Shown here: piece after piece, positions 41,095 to 55,338 of the stretch
Position numbering within the stretch: the first letter of the stretch is position 1
Layout: each line of letters begins with the position of its first letter
Origin: Octopus vulgaris
Lineage: Eukaryota
Direction of reading: 5' to 3'
NCBI GenBank assembly: GCA_951406725.2
Contig: OX597823.1
Location: 55,490,001-55,554,000 of the forward strand
Length of the DNA stretch: 64,000 nucleotides
Program-made: the position numbers and the translations under genes
Notes under the pieces: model-generated
Database searches by the model: none
What the model was told of the DNA's origin: nothing
Seen by the model: only the letters and a program-made list of their open reading frames with translations

Positions 41095-41353
41095 CTGTGT
41101 GTGAGTATGTGTGCGTGTGTTTGTGCTTTTAAGTACGTTTCTTTTGAGAATTGCTACTCCTGTACTCGTGAAGACACCAATCATGAAAGTGAGTATTGCA
41201 TTACTTATTCATTCCTCAGTTGTAACAATACATATATTGGACATACATACATACGCGCGCGTACATTCACATATGCATGAACACATACACACAGACACAG
41301 TGACATAAACATACATACCTGTGTGCGTGGTGCATGTGTGTGTAGATATATTA

Positions 41354-41359
<6 letters not shown>

Positions 41360-41430
<71 letters not shown>

Positions 41431-41492
41431 GAGAGAGTGAGACCGATAGATATAGATACATTGAAAAATAATAAGATTGCTAGATAGATAAT

Positions 41493-41525
<33 letters not shown>

Positions 41526-41560
41526 GGATAGATAGATAGATAGATAGATACATGCATACA

Positions 41561-41592
<32 letters not shown>

Positions 41593-41815
41593 GATACACA
41601 CACATATATATATACATATACATACGTACATATATATATGTATATTTGTATGTATATATGTATATATGTGTATGTATATATATATAATATATATAAATAT
41701 ATATATATATGTATGTATGTATGTATATATATATATATACATATATACATATATATATACATATATACATATATATATATATACATATATATATATATGT
41801 ACATATATATATATA

Positions 41816-41852
<37 letters not shown>

Positions 41853-41885
41853 GTACATATATATATATATTTACATATATATATA

Positions 41886-41948
<63 letters not shown>

Positions 41949-42345
41949 TGTATGAACGTATGTTCGTATGTATATAAGTATAACGAGAGAACGTCTAGAT
42001 ATAATATAATACGATAGCAATGTCTAGGAAAGAGTATAATTACGATTTTTCAGCCAACGGGTAACATATATATTAGAAAATCGAAACACTAGAGCAGAAA
42101 AAAAAAGTAAAAGAAGACCAGTTCTTAGAACTAGTCTTAGAGAGATCAGATCAAGTATGAAGATAAATACGTAAAAGGAAAAACAATAACATGATATGTG
42201 AAGATCTAAAAAGCGTATATTATATCGCGTTCTCCTTGATTATACTCTAGTATAAGTCTTGTGTGTTATTTGCCTATCTAATTGATACATATGTGTGTGT
42301 GTGCGTGTCTCTGTGTGTGTGTGTGTCTGTGTGTGTATGCACTTG

Positions 42346-42383
<38 letters not shown>

Positions 42384-42745
42384 GCATGTATGTGTTTGTA
42401 CACGCACATAAATACATGCACTCACATATATACACACGCACACACAAGCATACACTATATGTATATATATATATATATACACTTAGAAGGAGAGAGAAAG
42501 AGAAAGAAAGATGGATAAATAGATATATGCATATATATATTCATCAACATGTATATGAATGTACGTATATCCATATCTATCTATCTATCTATAGGTATGC
42601 GTGTATGCACGCACACACACATATATATATATATACATATATACCTAAATATATATATATATACATACATACACACATACATACATATATTCATACATAT
42701 ATATATATGTATACACACACACACATACACATATATATATATATA
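41360..42745. repeat. Microsatellite field: (TA)n, (GA)n, (GATA)n, (CATA)n
   Basis: Seen directly. Confidence 0.95.
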
Positions 42746-42799
42746 AGTATAACATTGAAATTTAAAACAAATTTGACTAACTTTGACAAAGTGAAAATA

Positions 42800-44000
42800 A
42801 AGTCACTCAGAACAAGAGAAGTATAACGCTAAAATGCGTTGGAATTCGCTGAATAAACATTACCAACGAGAAAGAAATGACAACTGAACTGGCTAAGAAA
42901 CGAGACATAAAATAAAATTGAAGACAGCATGGCCTCCTCTGAAACTGAAGGACATCATTACCATATGAACCATGAAATTCATACCTTTATGGAAAAGAAA
43001 AGAAGAGGAAGTATCAACAAAAACGTGTGATGTGATTGTGAAAAGTCCAATATCAAACGCTACTGAAGATCTTTACAAAGCATTGATGCTTATAAAGATG
43101 ATATTTGTACTGAGAAAGGCAAAGATTTTATCAAAGACAAAGATGGTAATATACTTTATGAAGGGAAAGATATGAAGGAAATTTGGAATGAATGCTGATG
43201 GTGATTATGCGAGAAGACAAAAGATGTTAATCAATCAGAAGTAATCAAAATGATCAAAGCCGAAATTGTGACACAGATGGGGAATTTTACACAGCTAATG
43301 TCTGAAGGGAGAAAAGAAATGGGAAATGGGGATGCCAAATCGGGTACGGAACTAAAGTTCTGGCATAGATGATACAACAACGGACCTTTGGGGGAAATGT
43401 TGATAGAGCCACTGTGAAATTTTTATACATTGTGACAGAAATATGGAAAAATAGTTTAAGACCAAATTAATGGACACAATATTCATCCGATGGCAAAACC
43501 GAAAGAAGGAAAAAGAAGGAAAGAAGAAAGAAAGGAAAAAGAAGAAAGGAAGGAAGGAAGGAAAACATTGCAAAAACAACATAATTGCATTGATAAATCA
43601 CGTTAGTAAAATCCTCCTTAAGCTCATTGCTGACAGAATTAAAGCCAAATATGGAAATAGGAGAAGTACAATTTGATTTTAGAACTGGAAAAGGAACAAG
43701 CAACGCTATTCTTGATGTAAATATGGTTATTTAGACAACTTGAGAGTATGGTGACGAATTATTTATTACTTTCATTGACTACCGAAAAGCTTTTGATGAA
43801 TTTGTTCATGACAAATTATAGTCAGTGACAGCAGAAATGAGATTTCTTCAACATTTTATAGAATTATTAGAGTCATTTTATTCTCAGTCAATGACAATGG
43901 TAAAAATTTATGTCATCTTCACTGAGTGGTTTAAAACTGAGTGGAGGAGGTGTGTGTAACAAAGATGTATTTCCTTCTCTGTCTAACACGTTTTTAAGAA
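42800..44000 (+). mobile_element. Decayed RTE (BovB-like) LINE reverse transcriptase region
   Basis: IALINHVSKILLKLIADRIK, EVQFDFRTGKGTSNAI and FITFIDYRKAFD motifs, with many stops. Confidence 0.85.
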
Positions 44001-44099
44001 GCGTAGTAAGGAATGAAATAGGTTTTCAAAGTAAAGCTAAATTTTGTGATAAAAATGGATACCAATCTCGATATATCAATGATAATGCTCATAGGATTT

Positions 44100-44340
44100 A
44101 AGTAGATGTTGGGCAGTCTAGTTTCTTCTGGTCGCTGTCATAACAGGTTGAAGGTTCTTTTGGGCAGGTTGTTGGTCCTCCACAGAATAGTCAGTTGACG
44201 GGGATGCCATCTTGGTGACGAACCAACGTACCGTGGGTCACCGTTATTCTGGAGCATCCCCGGGAGACCAGCCCGCCAAGGCTGGCTCTACCCGGAGCAA
44301 AGCTGCAGGAACACGCAAGTCCCCTTACCATGACAGGAGG
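44100..44340 (-). mobile_element. Probable RTE LINE 5' UTR fragment
   Basis: Minus strand cctgtcatggtaaggggacttgcgtg resembles the ccttgtcgtggtgaaggggcttgcgt start of RTE elements; locally GC-rich. Confidence 0.45.
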
Positions 44341-44699
44341 GGTCAGTAGTATTTCGTCGGTCTTTACATTTTGAGTTCGAATCTTGCCTCTCATCCTTTG
44401 TACCAGTCGATTTAATTGACTAACTTCCTACCCCCGAAATTTCAGGATTTCTAGGATGTAGAGGGATTGGTAGGGACCGCCAGCGATAGAGAGCACTACT
44501 GAACCTAGTGGTCTGATGACGTCTCTGGGACCACTAGCCTGGATTGACCCCCGCCTCCTAAGGCAAGAACATGAAGCGAGCGATCTAAGTAGAATTGAAA
44601 ATTCTGAAGTAGAAAGTAGTAGAAAGGTTAAGGTTATGACTAACATTTTTAAAACTAAAATCAATGATTATTTCGGATAAATGATCGAAATCATCTTGT

Positions 44700-45735
44700 A
44701 ATATTCCTTTCAAGTGTAGGCACAAGGCCGGAAATTTGTGGGAAAGGGAAGATGATGGTTGATTGGCGTTCGACTTGTTTGAACACTCAATCCCAACAAG
44801 TCAGGACCCACAGTACAGCTTGTGCAAGCCATCCTTTCGAAAGCAGAATACAAATCGTGGCTTGCAAAAATTCCGTTCGGGTGATTTTCTTGACCCTGAA
44901 AGGAATGAAAGGCAAAGTGGACCTCGATGGTATTTGAACTCAGAAATGTAAAGAGCCGGAAGAAACGCAGCTAAGGATTTTTGCGGTGAACTAACGACTC
45001 TGCGAGCTTGCCACCTTAAATCATCCTATAATAATTTTGAAAATCAAACCACCGATGTCGTGTATTAGTTTTGCTACTTTGAAAGTATCATTGAAATCAT
45101 TGTAAGATGGTAAACTGGCAGAATTGTTAGCACGTTGTAGAAAATACTCTGCAGGATTTTGTGGGTTTTTACATTTTTGAGTTCAAATTCCCGTCATAGT
45201 TAAATCATGTCTTTCATTCTTTCGGGATCGATAAAATAAGTATCACTCAAATACTGAGGTCAGTGTAATTGTCTATTCCCTCCCTCCGAAATTTCAGGTC
45301 TTGTATGAATCAGTATGATGACTCCAAAGAGACAAACATTAGAATCGTTAACATTTCGTTCGTCTTTACGATCTAAGTATAAATTCCTCCGAGCTCGAGT
45401 TTGCCTTTCATCCCTTTAAGAGTCGATAAAATAAGTACCACTTGAACACTTAACCCTTCTACCGAAGTCACTGCGTTTGTGTCAAAATTTGAAACCAAAT
45501 ATTTCTTTAACGACAAAGGCGGCGAGATGACTGATTCGTTACCCGGCCTGGCAAAATGCTTAGCGCCATTTGGTTGGTATTTACGTTCTGAGTTCAAATA
45601 TCGCTGAAGTCGACTCTGCCTTTAATCTATTCGGGGTTTGATAAATTATGTACCAATTGAACACTTAGGTCAATATCATTGACTTACTGCCTCCTTCCCT
45701 TGCAATTACTGGCCTTGTGCCAAATTTTGAAAACA
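44700..45735. mobile_element. Four old SINE family A copies (one minus, three plus)
   Basis: Degenerate heads and central domains; aaatcatc TSD-like flanks at about 44688 and 45018. Confidence 0.8.
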
Positions 45736-45849
45736 ATAATTCTCTAATGGACACGTAATTTTGAAGAATCGTCGGCAATTTTGAAGAATTATCGACCTTT
45801 GAGATTATTTCCACTTTCCTTTGGGGATTTGATCACAATTACCACAAAG

Positions 45850-45982
45850 CGATTGTTCTACCTTCTCAGTAAGCAGAATAGTTTCAATAGCTAAAGAATT
45901 TATCTCATATGGTGTTTAATATACCCCCATTCATCTTCATATTGGTTTGTGTGCATCTCCCGTATGCACGTATTCATGAAGC

Positions 45983-46074
<92 letters not shown>

Positions 46075-46281
46075 GTCGTCATTTTGGAGCATATTTTCGT
46101 TTACGTGATGTACTAGCCTTTGTTTATTAAAAGTAAGCAATTTAGTCTCGGACAAAATTTTTGATTTGGCTTATTTTTTCCGTCAAAGCATATCTCTACG
46201 TTGTATATATTTGAATCGAATTGTACTAGGGCATAATTTTAATTTTTCAAAAAGTATTCCAAACGTTTGACCACGACTGTA
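45850..46281 (-). mobile_element. Tc1-like element 5' end, interrupted by (GATA)n
   Basis: Minus strand starts TACAGTCGTGGTCAAA, a classic Tc1-type TIR; the inner boundary is uncertain. Confidence 0.6.
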
Positions 46282-47163
46282 CATAGAAGATAAATATGTA
46301 TATATAACTCTGGCCATCCCTCAGACTGATATATCTCAACTTATAGAGAATCCCTCCTCAATATCATGATCCATATGCTTGCGTATTCTAGATACAGCTG
46401 TAGGAAACTCTATATGTTTATATTCTCTATCTAAATTAAATGCTTTTTGCCAAGTCTTTTGCTTTTTCGTTTTTTATTCCAATTTCTCTCTCTCTCTTTC
46501 TCTTTCTCTCTCTCTCTCTCTCTCTCTGTATGCATCTGTGTGTGTGTGTGTGTGTGTGTGTATGAGTGAGTGTGTGCGTGTCGGTGTGTGTGTGTGTGTG
46601 TGTGCGTGTCTCTCTGTGTGTGTCTGTGTGAATTTACAAGCATGCGGAACGTTGCAGTTGCTCTCCTGTATCTTACATTTTTTGTGGAGATTTGTATTTT
46701 TCTGCTAGAAACTTCTTTATTGAGATCAACTTCAAGAAATTTCACATATTTTTCTTATTTTTTTCCATTAACAAACTTTTTCCATTAAAGCTTCTGCTAA
46801 TGTACGTGATTTCTGTATAGGAAATATAGCAGCAAACTAGTACTTGTAGCTATTTATTTGACTGATAGTAGTAGTATGTGGACTTCTTTAAAGAATCTGA
46901 GAATCCTGAACGAGTCTTCTTAGTGCTGTTCACTATTTATGTGTGTTTGAGAGGGTAGCCCCCCACTAACGGTTTTAATATTTTGAACAAAGTGTTGGCA
47001 GTAACTTCGGTTATTATTCGTTAGCTTAGTGGAAGAACGTCACACACATTCTGCAATTAATAGGGTTCTGGTGCATCTGTCACTGTGTCCGACGCAATGC
47101 TGACAGCAGCAGCAGCAGAAGAAGAAGAAGAAGAAGAAGGAGGAGGAGGAGGAGGAAATAGTG

Positions 47164-47209
<46 letters not shown>

Positions 47210-47210
47210 G

Positions 47211-47271
<61 letters not shown>

Positions 47272-47294
47272 AATTATAATAATTCAGTGCGACC

Positions 47295-47745
47295 AGGGAT
47301 TTTATGATTCAGCGCGAACATGAGATAGAGAATAGGAAGCCGGACATAGTCTTGAGAAAGAAAACAAACTATGCCGGATCATAGACATAGCATGCCCAGC
47401 TGACAACAAGGTATGCGATCGGGAAAAAAGAAAACTCGAGAGGATATGACAGGTTAGCTTGGGAAGTTAAGCAGTTGTGGTCGATGAAAAAGGTAGCAGC
47501 AGTACCAATAATTGTCGGAGCCCTGGGAACAGCGAACAAAAATCTCGAGAAGTACGTGGAACAAATAGGGGTTGCAATAAGGGTGGAGCACTTGCGGAAA
47601 ACAGCACTGCGTTGAACCGCTCGAATACTCCAGAAGGTGCTCGAAAAATAAGAGGTGTTACCTTAGTTCACTGGTAGTGAACAGCTGACACTGTAGTACA
47701 TCTCCAGCGTTAGAAGCTGTGCAAAGGCAATAATAATAATAATAA
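47295..47745 (+). mobile_element. R4/Dong-like LINE 3' end with an (AAT)n tail
   Basis: DFMIQREHEIENRKPDIV...IIDIACPADNKV...WEVKQLWSMKKVAAVPIIVGALG (PD..D RLE motif); flanked by (AAT)n on both sides. Confidence 0.88.
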
Positions 47746-48198
47746 TCCCTTCTACTAAAGGAAAAGGGACTGGAATTTTGGGGAAAGGCACTAGTCGATT
47801 GCGTCGACCCCAGTGTGTAACTGATACTTAATTCCTCGACCCCTAAAGGACGAAAGACAAAGTCAAAGTCGGCGGAATTTGAATTCAGAACGTAAGGACG
47901 AAATGAAATCCCGCTAAGCATTTTGCCCGGCATGGTAATTAATCTGCCAGCTCGTCGCCTTCAATAATAATAATAATAATAATCCTTTCTACTGGAAGCA
48001 CAAAGCCTCAAATTTGGGTGAAGAGATTAAGTCTATTACATCGAGCCAAGTGCGTAACTGGTTCTTATTTAATCGACCCCGAAAGGATAAAATGCAAAGT
48101 CAACGTCGGCGGAATCTGAACTCAGAACGTGGCGGCAGACGAAATATTGTTAAGCATTTCGCCCGGCGTGCTAACGGTTCTGCCAGCTCGCCGCCTTT
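47746..48198 (-). mobile_element. Two tandem SINE family A copies separated by (AAT)n
   Basis: Heads end at about 47961 and 48198. Confidence 0.88.
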
Positions 48199-48834
48199 AC
48201 TAATAGTAATAATAATAATATCAATACTAATAATAATTATAATAATAAGTATTTCGTTCAGCAATAATAATATTTCGTTCAATAATAATAATATGAAGAA
48301 GGGCGAGGAGGAGGAGGAGGAGAAGGAAAGGGGAAGATGAAAGGAGGAGGAGGAAAAGAGGAGGAGAAGAAAAAGAAGACCATAATGGCGATGTTGATGA
48401 CGATGGTGATGACAATGATGATGACGACGGCGACGACGGCGAAGATGATGGTTATGATGAAGTAATCAGGTAATTCTTTGTCGTAGAATTCTCATTAAAA
48501 AAACAGAACTGATAAACGCTGGTTTATACCACCATAATTTCATTCTGTAGCAATGAATGGTTTTGACTGCTGTAAATGAATGATATCCAATAATAAGAAC
48601 AACAACAAAAAATCTGTAACGAATGCTTCACAATATAAATGTTATTCTTTATATCGGCTGTGCGTTGCGCGGCACTTTGGTACCTAATTGTATGGTTGCA
48701 ATAACATATTAGCTTTCTTATGAGCAAAAATTCGCTAAATCCTTGCTCAACTCTTCTCCGTTTCTGTAGAACTGAATGTTGAATGGATTCCTCATCCATG
48801 ACTCTTCTTTCGGTGCAATTTTTCTCGTTACTGG

Positions 48835-48859
48835 AGATAGATAGATAACTAGACAGATG

Positions 48860-48928
<69 letters not shown>

Positions 48929-48933
48929 GTAGG

Positions 48934-49025
<92 letters not shown>

Positions 49026-49036
49026 CAGAAAGACAC

Positions 49037-49083
<47 letters not shown>

Positions 49084-49456
49084 GGAGGAAAGGGAAAAAG
49101 TAGTAGTAGTAGTAGTAGTAGTAGTAGGAGGAGGAGGAGGAAGTGGAGTATCGAAGTCAGAAAAACGTGGCCTTGTCATGATTTGAACCCAAGGCACGAA
49201 GAACCACGGGGAACAACGCAGTGCAACCTAAAGGAATTTCATTGCTGTAAAACCATCACCACCACCAGCACGATCGCGATCACGACTACTACCATCGTTG
49301 TCGTCGTCGTCATCATCATCATCATCATCATCATCATCAAGATCGGTTTCGTGGTTGTCGTCATCGTCATCATCATCATCATCATCTACGAAAAGGATTC
49401 GTGTACAGCATATCTTACAAAATAATGTAAAAAGTTCTAACAGACTCCAGACAGAG

Positions 49457-49515
<59 letters not shown>

Positions 49516-49580
49516 AGGAAGGAAAGATAGAAAGAAAGAAAGAAAGAAAGAAGGAAAGAAAGATAGAAAGAAAGAAAGAA
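48835..49580. repeat. (GATA)n, (TAG)n, (CAT)n and (GAAA)n microsatellites
   Basis: Seen directly. Confidence 0.95.
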
Positions 49581-49981
49581 ACAGGGAGGGAGAGAGAGAG
49601 ACCTAAAAGAGTGGGGCTAGAAGAGAATAACTAGAGAAAATTAATCACATTTTGTTTCTTTCTTTCTTTACAGTAAATCTATGATGATTTTATTCATTAT
49701 CTTTTTTTTTTTTTATACAGTTTCCAATCTGTTTTATCGATCGATTAGTTCGGTTTTCTTTTTGATTTCGGCACTTAGGAATTAAAAGAACGGAAATGGC
49801 GAACAAGACTGGTTCTTGAAAAAAAAAAGAACTTTAAAACATTTTCTTCTAATAACTAGTTACGTGTATATGTCTATGCTTCTGTATGTACGTGTGTATG
49901 TATATGTACACACACACACACACTCATATATACGCACACGCACACACAAATATATATAAATATATGTATATATATATATGC

Positions 49982-50032
<51 letters not shown>

Positions 50033-50379
50033 CATACACACACAGATATATGTATGTGTGGTTGCATGTATGTATACGTACGAATGTATGTGTGTATAAG
50101 TCAGACAAACAGAAAGAGGAAAGGCAGAAACTGAAATGGAGAGAGATAGAGGGGGAAAGAGATGGAGAGAGAGAAAAGAGAGAGAGAGTGGGGGGGGCAG
50201 ATTGGTCAAAAATCAGAACATTCTTCTTGAAATATTTTGCATTCTGATTTCAGGTTACGCCGATTTGTGTTTTCCTACTTTTATGCGACATTGTGGTTTT
50301 GTCGTTTAATCAGGAGGGCGAGACAGTGCACATGACCTGTTTCGAGTTCTCCGACGTTCAAATATACAGAGGACCTTCT

Positions 50380-50750
50380 CTTCCAGTGAATCATCGTCCA
50401 TCGACTACTTTCCTCCACCGTTTCCGACTTTGGGCCGTCGTTTTTCGCTTCTACTGAGCTAGATAACCTGCTTTTCCCATTTCTGCCTCAATATCTAGCT
50501 TCTAGTGATTTCTAGAGCATCCTCTCTTCTGTCTACTTTGCGAGTTCTAGGCCAGTGCCAGACTTGTAATGCTGGATGTTACTCCCCCTTAAGTTGCGGA
50601 CTGTCTATCCCTACTTTCAGGATCTATTTTTCCATCTGAGTCTGCCTACTTTCTTTCATAACTCTTCTTATCCGACCATCTAGTTTGAAGAATACACCTC
50701 AGTTACTGGTGAAGATCTGTATCATCTGGTGACCCTCTTTAAGAGACTGG
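50380..50750 (-). mobile_element. Old RTE LINE C-terminal remnant
   Basis: Minus translation ITSLALA*NSQSRQKRGCSRNH*KLDIEAE (compare ALxWNPQGKRKRGRPRNTW). Confidence 0.6.
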
Positions 50751-51278
50751 CTCGAATTCTGGGAACAAAGTGTACTGTACTGAAAACACCCAAATAGATG
50801 AATGGATGATAATGTTATAACAGGCGACGGATAAAGTCTGCCAGCCAGTTTCTTTGAGTGATTTGAACAAAGAACGCAATCAGCCGGAACAAATACTGTA
50901 TAACATTCAGTTTAATGCTCAAACAATTTCCCCAGTCCAGTACCCTAAAACTGGTACTTTATTTATCGACCCTGGGATGAAGTAAAATAAAGTTGGACTC
51001 GATAGGATTAGATCTCAGAATGCAAGAACCCGGATTAAATACCGAGAGGTATTTCGTCCAAGGCTCTAACGCTTATGTCAATTCGCCATTTATTGTTGCT
51101 TTTGATCAGCCGCAAGTCAAGTAGGACTATTTAATGAGGAAAAAAAAAGAAAAGGAGGAAAAACAGAACCTATATAATCAAATGCTCTTCAGTCGTGACC
51201 ATCCATCCATGATATATAATGCTATAGTATCATATATATATATATATATATAGCATGTGTTCCATGTCTGTTTTAAGA

Positions 51279-51348
<70 letters not shown>

Positions 51349-51424
51349 TGAGATTTAACTGTTTAGCATTCGGATTATTCTGTCAATTGTTATACTTATT
51401 TATTCACATTGCTTTTGAATTAAT

Positions 51425-51590
51425 GTGACAAAGCTGGCCTTTTGTAACACAGGTATTATTCATTTTTGCCAGCTGAGTGAACTGGAACAACGTGAAATGA
51501 AGTGTCTTGCCTCAGGGATACATGCGCTCCCAGGGAATCGAACTCACAACCTTACGATCGTGAGTCGAATACCCAACTGCTAAGCCACGA
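51425..51590 (-). mobile_element. SINE family C head
   Basis: ctgagtgaactggaacaacgtgaaatgaagtgtcttgc...gaatcgaactcac...ctaagccacg. Confidence 0.8.
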
Positions 51591-52486
51591 ACTTTATAAA
51601 AAGCATTCATGAGTACTGATTCATCAAACCATATAATAACAGCTTCCATATCAGTAACATACTCTGTGGTTTTATTTTGTTAGCTTCGGTATATTTTGGA
51701 ACTAATTAACCTCTCTGTTAAAGAATTATTTGTGGAAATCACAGTTGGTCTTTCTAGCAGATTGAGCAGTAACGTATTAATATCCTCTTTAGGACCCTCT
51801 ATTTCCATAAGTTGACAAAATAAATACCAATAATACACTCGGATTCAATTAATCGATCTCCCGTCTTCCTTAAGATGGGCTCATCGAGTACATCGATAAA
51901 AGGGATCAATACTATTCTCCTCTACAGAATTTCTTTATTGCCAATTACGGTATTGAAAGAAATAAAATATTGAAATAGACAGGACAGAATAGATAACACT
52001 GATGAATATAATTGATAAAGGAAAGTAAGAGAATATTGAGTTTTAATATATAGAATTAGCCTCAGAGAGTTCACAACACATAGATTAAATAGCATACACT
52101 CAGATAAGACACCATACAAAACAGATTATATTTACAACATATACATACACGTACCTATACAACGTATGCATGACACAGCACAAGCCACAATATATGGACA
52201 ACCGACATTATGTACACATCACTCAAACCAATATAATTTCTCTATTGTACTGATACTGCTGAGGTTGCGGTATGGCCGAATAGTTAAGAAGTTTGTTCTT
52301 CAATCTCGATGAACAAATTCGATCCCATTGTCTGGCATCTTGTGCCATCTTTTACTTGGAGTCCCCAGCTACTAGGGCACGAACCAGAAACTGGCCACAC
52401 GGAAAACGAATTTTTAAATTTTGAGTCGTAATATATACATATATATGAATATATACATACGCATATGTACATACTTACATCTATAC

Positions 52487-52527
<41 letters not shown>

Positions 52528-52624
52528 AATGAGGTAATCAGATCGGATGGTTCATATTTATAGATATTTATTTATATATTACATTTTTTACATATATATC
52601 ATATCATTCCGATCATATCATTCG

Positions 52625-52663
52625 GATTAGCGCTTTCTCCCAATCGAGTGGGCTTTTCAAATC
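52625..52663 (-). ncRNA. Minimal hammerhead motif, U3-A8 core variant
   Basis: Minus strand: gat-TTGAAAA-gccca ctcgat tggga-GAAA-gcgc-TA-atc; stem II ccca/tggg, palindromic AGCGCT; the host segment starts in a (TA)n run. Confidence 0.55.
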
Positions 52664-52869
52664 AAATCAATATATACATATACGCATATGTGAGCACAAC
52701 ACGTCACGAAATGTGTGCAACAAAAAAATACGAAGCACGAGTACGTGGAACATGAACTATTCTTTCGAACAACGAAAGACACAAATGCAAAAAAAAAAAT
52801 TACCAAACAACATAAAGAACGATCCTTCATCAGTTGTTGGTTGTTTTTCTGGGCTCGTATTTCGAGCAC

Positions 52870-52990
<121 letters not shown>

Positions 52991-53015
52991 GTATATATTT
53001 ATGTATGTATATATG

Positions 53016-53050
<35 letters not shown>

Positions 53051-53339
53051 ACATACATACATCTATGTATATACACGTACACATGTATATATAATAACGA
53101 TAGTAATAATCTCTTTATTGGCCACAAAGTATTTACATCAAGTAAAAAACATTATGGGTAGCACAGGACAAAGCACTGAATGTGTGTATATGCTTGTGCG
53201 AATTTGTTTTCTAAACCGATAAACATTAACTTCCTTAACGTCTTTTCGCCCTGATGATATTTCGCTCAAGTTTACAAAATGCAAAGATGAAAGATTGCAA
53301 AAATAAAGAACTGTACAAGCAATTGAAAACGATTGAAAC

Positions 53340-53975
53340 TGCAAATAGATGGGTAAACTAAAGAATGCATGGAGAATTTCATATGGATGTTGAAGATAAG
53401 ACAGAGAAAAAAGATGGCTGTGGATGACTAAAGGTGATTTGAAATCGGAAACGGACGCTCTAATCTGTGCTGTCTAAGAACGAGCACTAAGAACAAACTA
53501 CATAAAATACAGAGTAGACAACACATCAGAAAGTGATAAGTGCAGAATATATGGACAAAATGGTGAAATCGTATGGCATATTACCAGTCAATGTACACCA
53601 CTAGCCCAGAAAGAATATAAGAGAGGCCACGACATTTTGGCAAGGTTTGTCTATTGGACACTTTGCAACAGGTATGGACTTCACGGAGAAAAAATTGGTA
53701 CGACCACAAACCCGAATGCATCATTGAAAATGATAATGCAAAGATCCTGTGGGATTTTATGATTTAGTGTGACCATGAGATAGAGAATAGGAAGCCAAAC
53801 ATTAATTGAGAAAGAAACAAACTATGCTGGATCATAGATATAGCATTCTCAGCTGACAACAAGGTGTGCAATAAAGAAGAAAGAAAAGTCGATAGGTATG
53901 ACAGGTTAGCTTGGGAGGTAAAGCAGTTGTGGTCGATGAAAAAGGTGGTAGTGGTACCAATAATTATCAGAGCCC
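53340..53975 (+). mobile_element. R4/Dong-like LINE fragment (CCHC finger and RLE), same family as 47295
   Basis: WLWMTKGDLKSETDALICA...LRTNYIKY...DKCRI...WHITSQC...LAQKEYKRGHD...ILWDFMI; the 3' part is closely similar to 47297-47525. Confidence 0.9.
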
Positions 53976-54027
53976 TTTCATGTCTCGTAACTTAGCGGTC
54001 CGGCAAAAGAGCCTGATAAAATTAGTA

Positions 54028-54369
54028 AAAAAAAAAGACCCCCTTCGGTCATGAATGACCATGGGAGTGCACCTAGAAAGTTACCCTCCTAGACACAAAT
54101 CCGGGCAAGGTTGTTTATGGAAGGCCAGCAGTCGCCCATGCATACCAGCCTCCCCTCTCCACGCCACCAGTGTTATCCAAGGGAAAGACAAGGGTCGATA
54201 CAGCTTGGCACCTGTGACGTCGCAACTCATTTCTACAGCTGAGTGAACTGGAGCAACGTAAAATAAAGTGCCTTGCTCGAGAACACAACACGCAGCCCGG
54301 TCCGGGATTCGAGCTCACAACCTCACGATCGTAAGCTCGACGCTCTAACCACTGAGCCATGCGCCTTCA
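54028..54369 (-). mobile_element. Young SINE family C with a distinct tail and a 15-bp TSD, nested in a family B tail
   Basis: ctgataaaattagta at 54013-54027 and 54370-54384; B-tail sequence continues on both sides. Confidence 0.9.
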
Positions 54370-55064
54370 CTGATAAAATTAGTATAAGGTTTAAAATAAA
54401 ACACGAGTACTGAGGAAGATTCGTTCGACTATAGTTCTTCAAGGTAGTGTCCCAGCATGGCCGCAGTCTAATAACTGAAACAAGTTAAAGATAAAGATAC
54501 ATTGGGCAAAGTAATTCTAAATCTAAAATGTGAGTGGATACTCATGACGAGAATGAATTTGATCATACGTCTGACGTGTGAAGGCCGGTTTGGGATTAAA
54601 CAGAAACAGCAGTGACATGCATAGAACCGTGCCAGAGAAATTGTATTGCAGTATTTAGTTTATTTTTCTTACGTACGTTTTTATTTCAAAGCCCGCGAAG
54701 ATATGAATGCGAGCGTTTCTACAACTTGTTGAAGACATTTCACTTCACTTATACCACTAAGGTCTTTAGAAACGCATAGCTGTCACATTTTGCTTTTCTG
54801 TAAAAATATGAAGCTTAATTTTAATCAAGGCAAATCTATTAACAGTAACATATTTAATTCGATTTGATCGACTACCCGGTTTCTATAAAGATTAGATTTG
54901 CTGTTATTGTGATTAGTCCTACTGAGATCGGTAGATCAGCAGACTCGTTAGAGCATCGAACAAAATACCTTACGGTATTTATTCCGGCTTTTTTCGTTTC
55001 GAGTTAAAATCCCACCAAAGTAAACTTTGCTTTCACTCCTTGCAGGGTTGATAAAATAACACAT

Positions 55065-55338
55065 GATCACATGACCGACCAGGCTATCAGATGTAGTTCC
55101 ACATCGCTGGTCACAATGCGCACTTGCATTGTTTTAGCCTTCAAATGCCCCCCCCGCTGGCTAGGCAAGCAGGCCAACATTCCCCCTACCAACCCACCCA
55201 TGATAGAAAGTAGGGACCGGAGCAACGGGAAAGGAAGAATTTTGTTTAAGAACACAATGCACCACCCACTTAGGGAATCGAACCCACGATCTGGCGATCG
55301 TGAGTGCAACGGACTAACCACTAGGCCACGCGCCTTCA
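55065..55338 (-). mobile_element. SINE family C head with a third tail type, nested in a SINE A copy
   Basis: Head gtgaaggcgcgtggcctagtggttag (minus); SINE A central domain before and aataaaatatagtacca after. Confidence 0.75.

Noticed and set aside
44506-44537. CTGATGA inside the ctagtggtc/gaccactag hairpin
   Set aside because: No GAAA half of the core; only a short inverted repeat.
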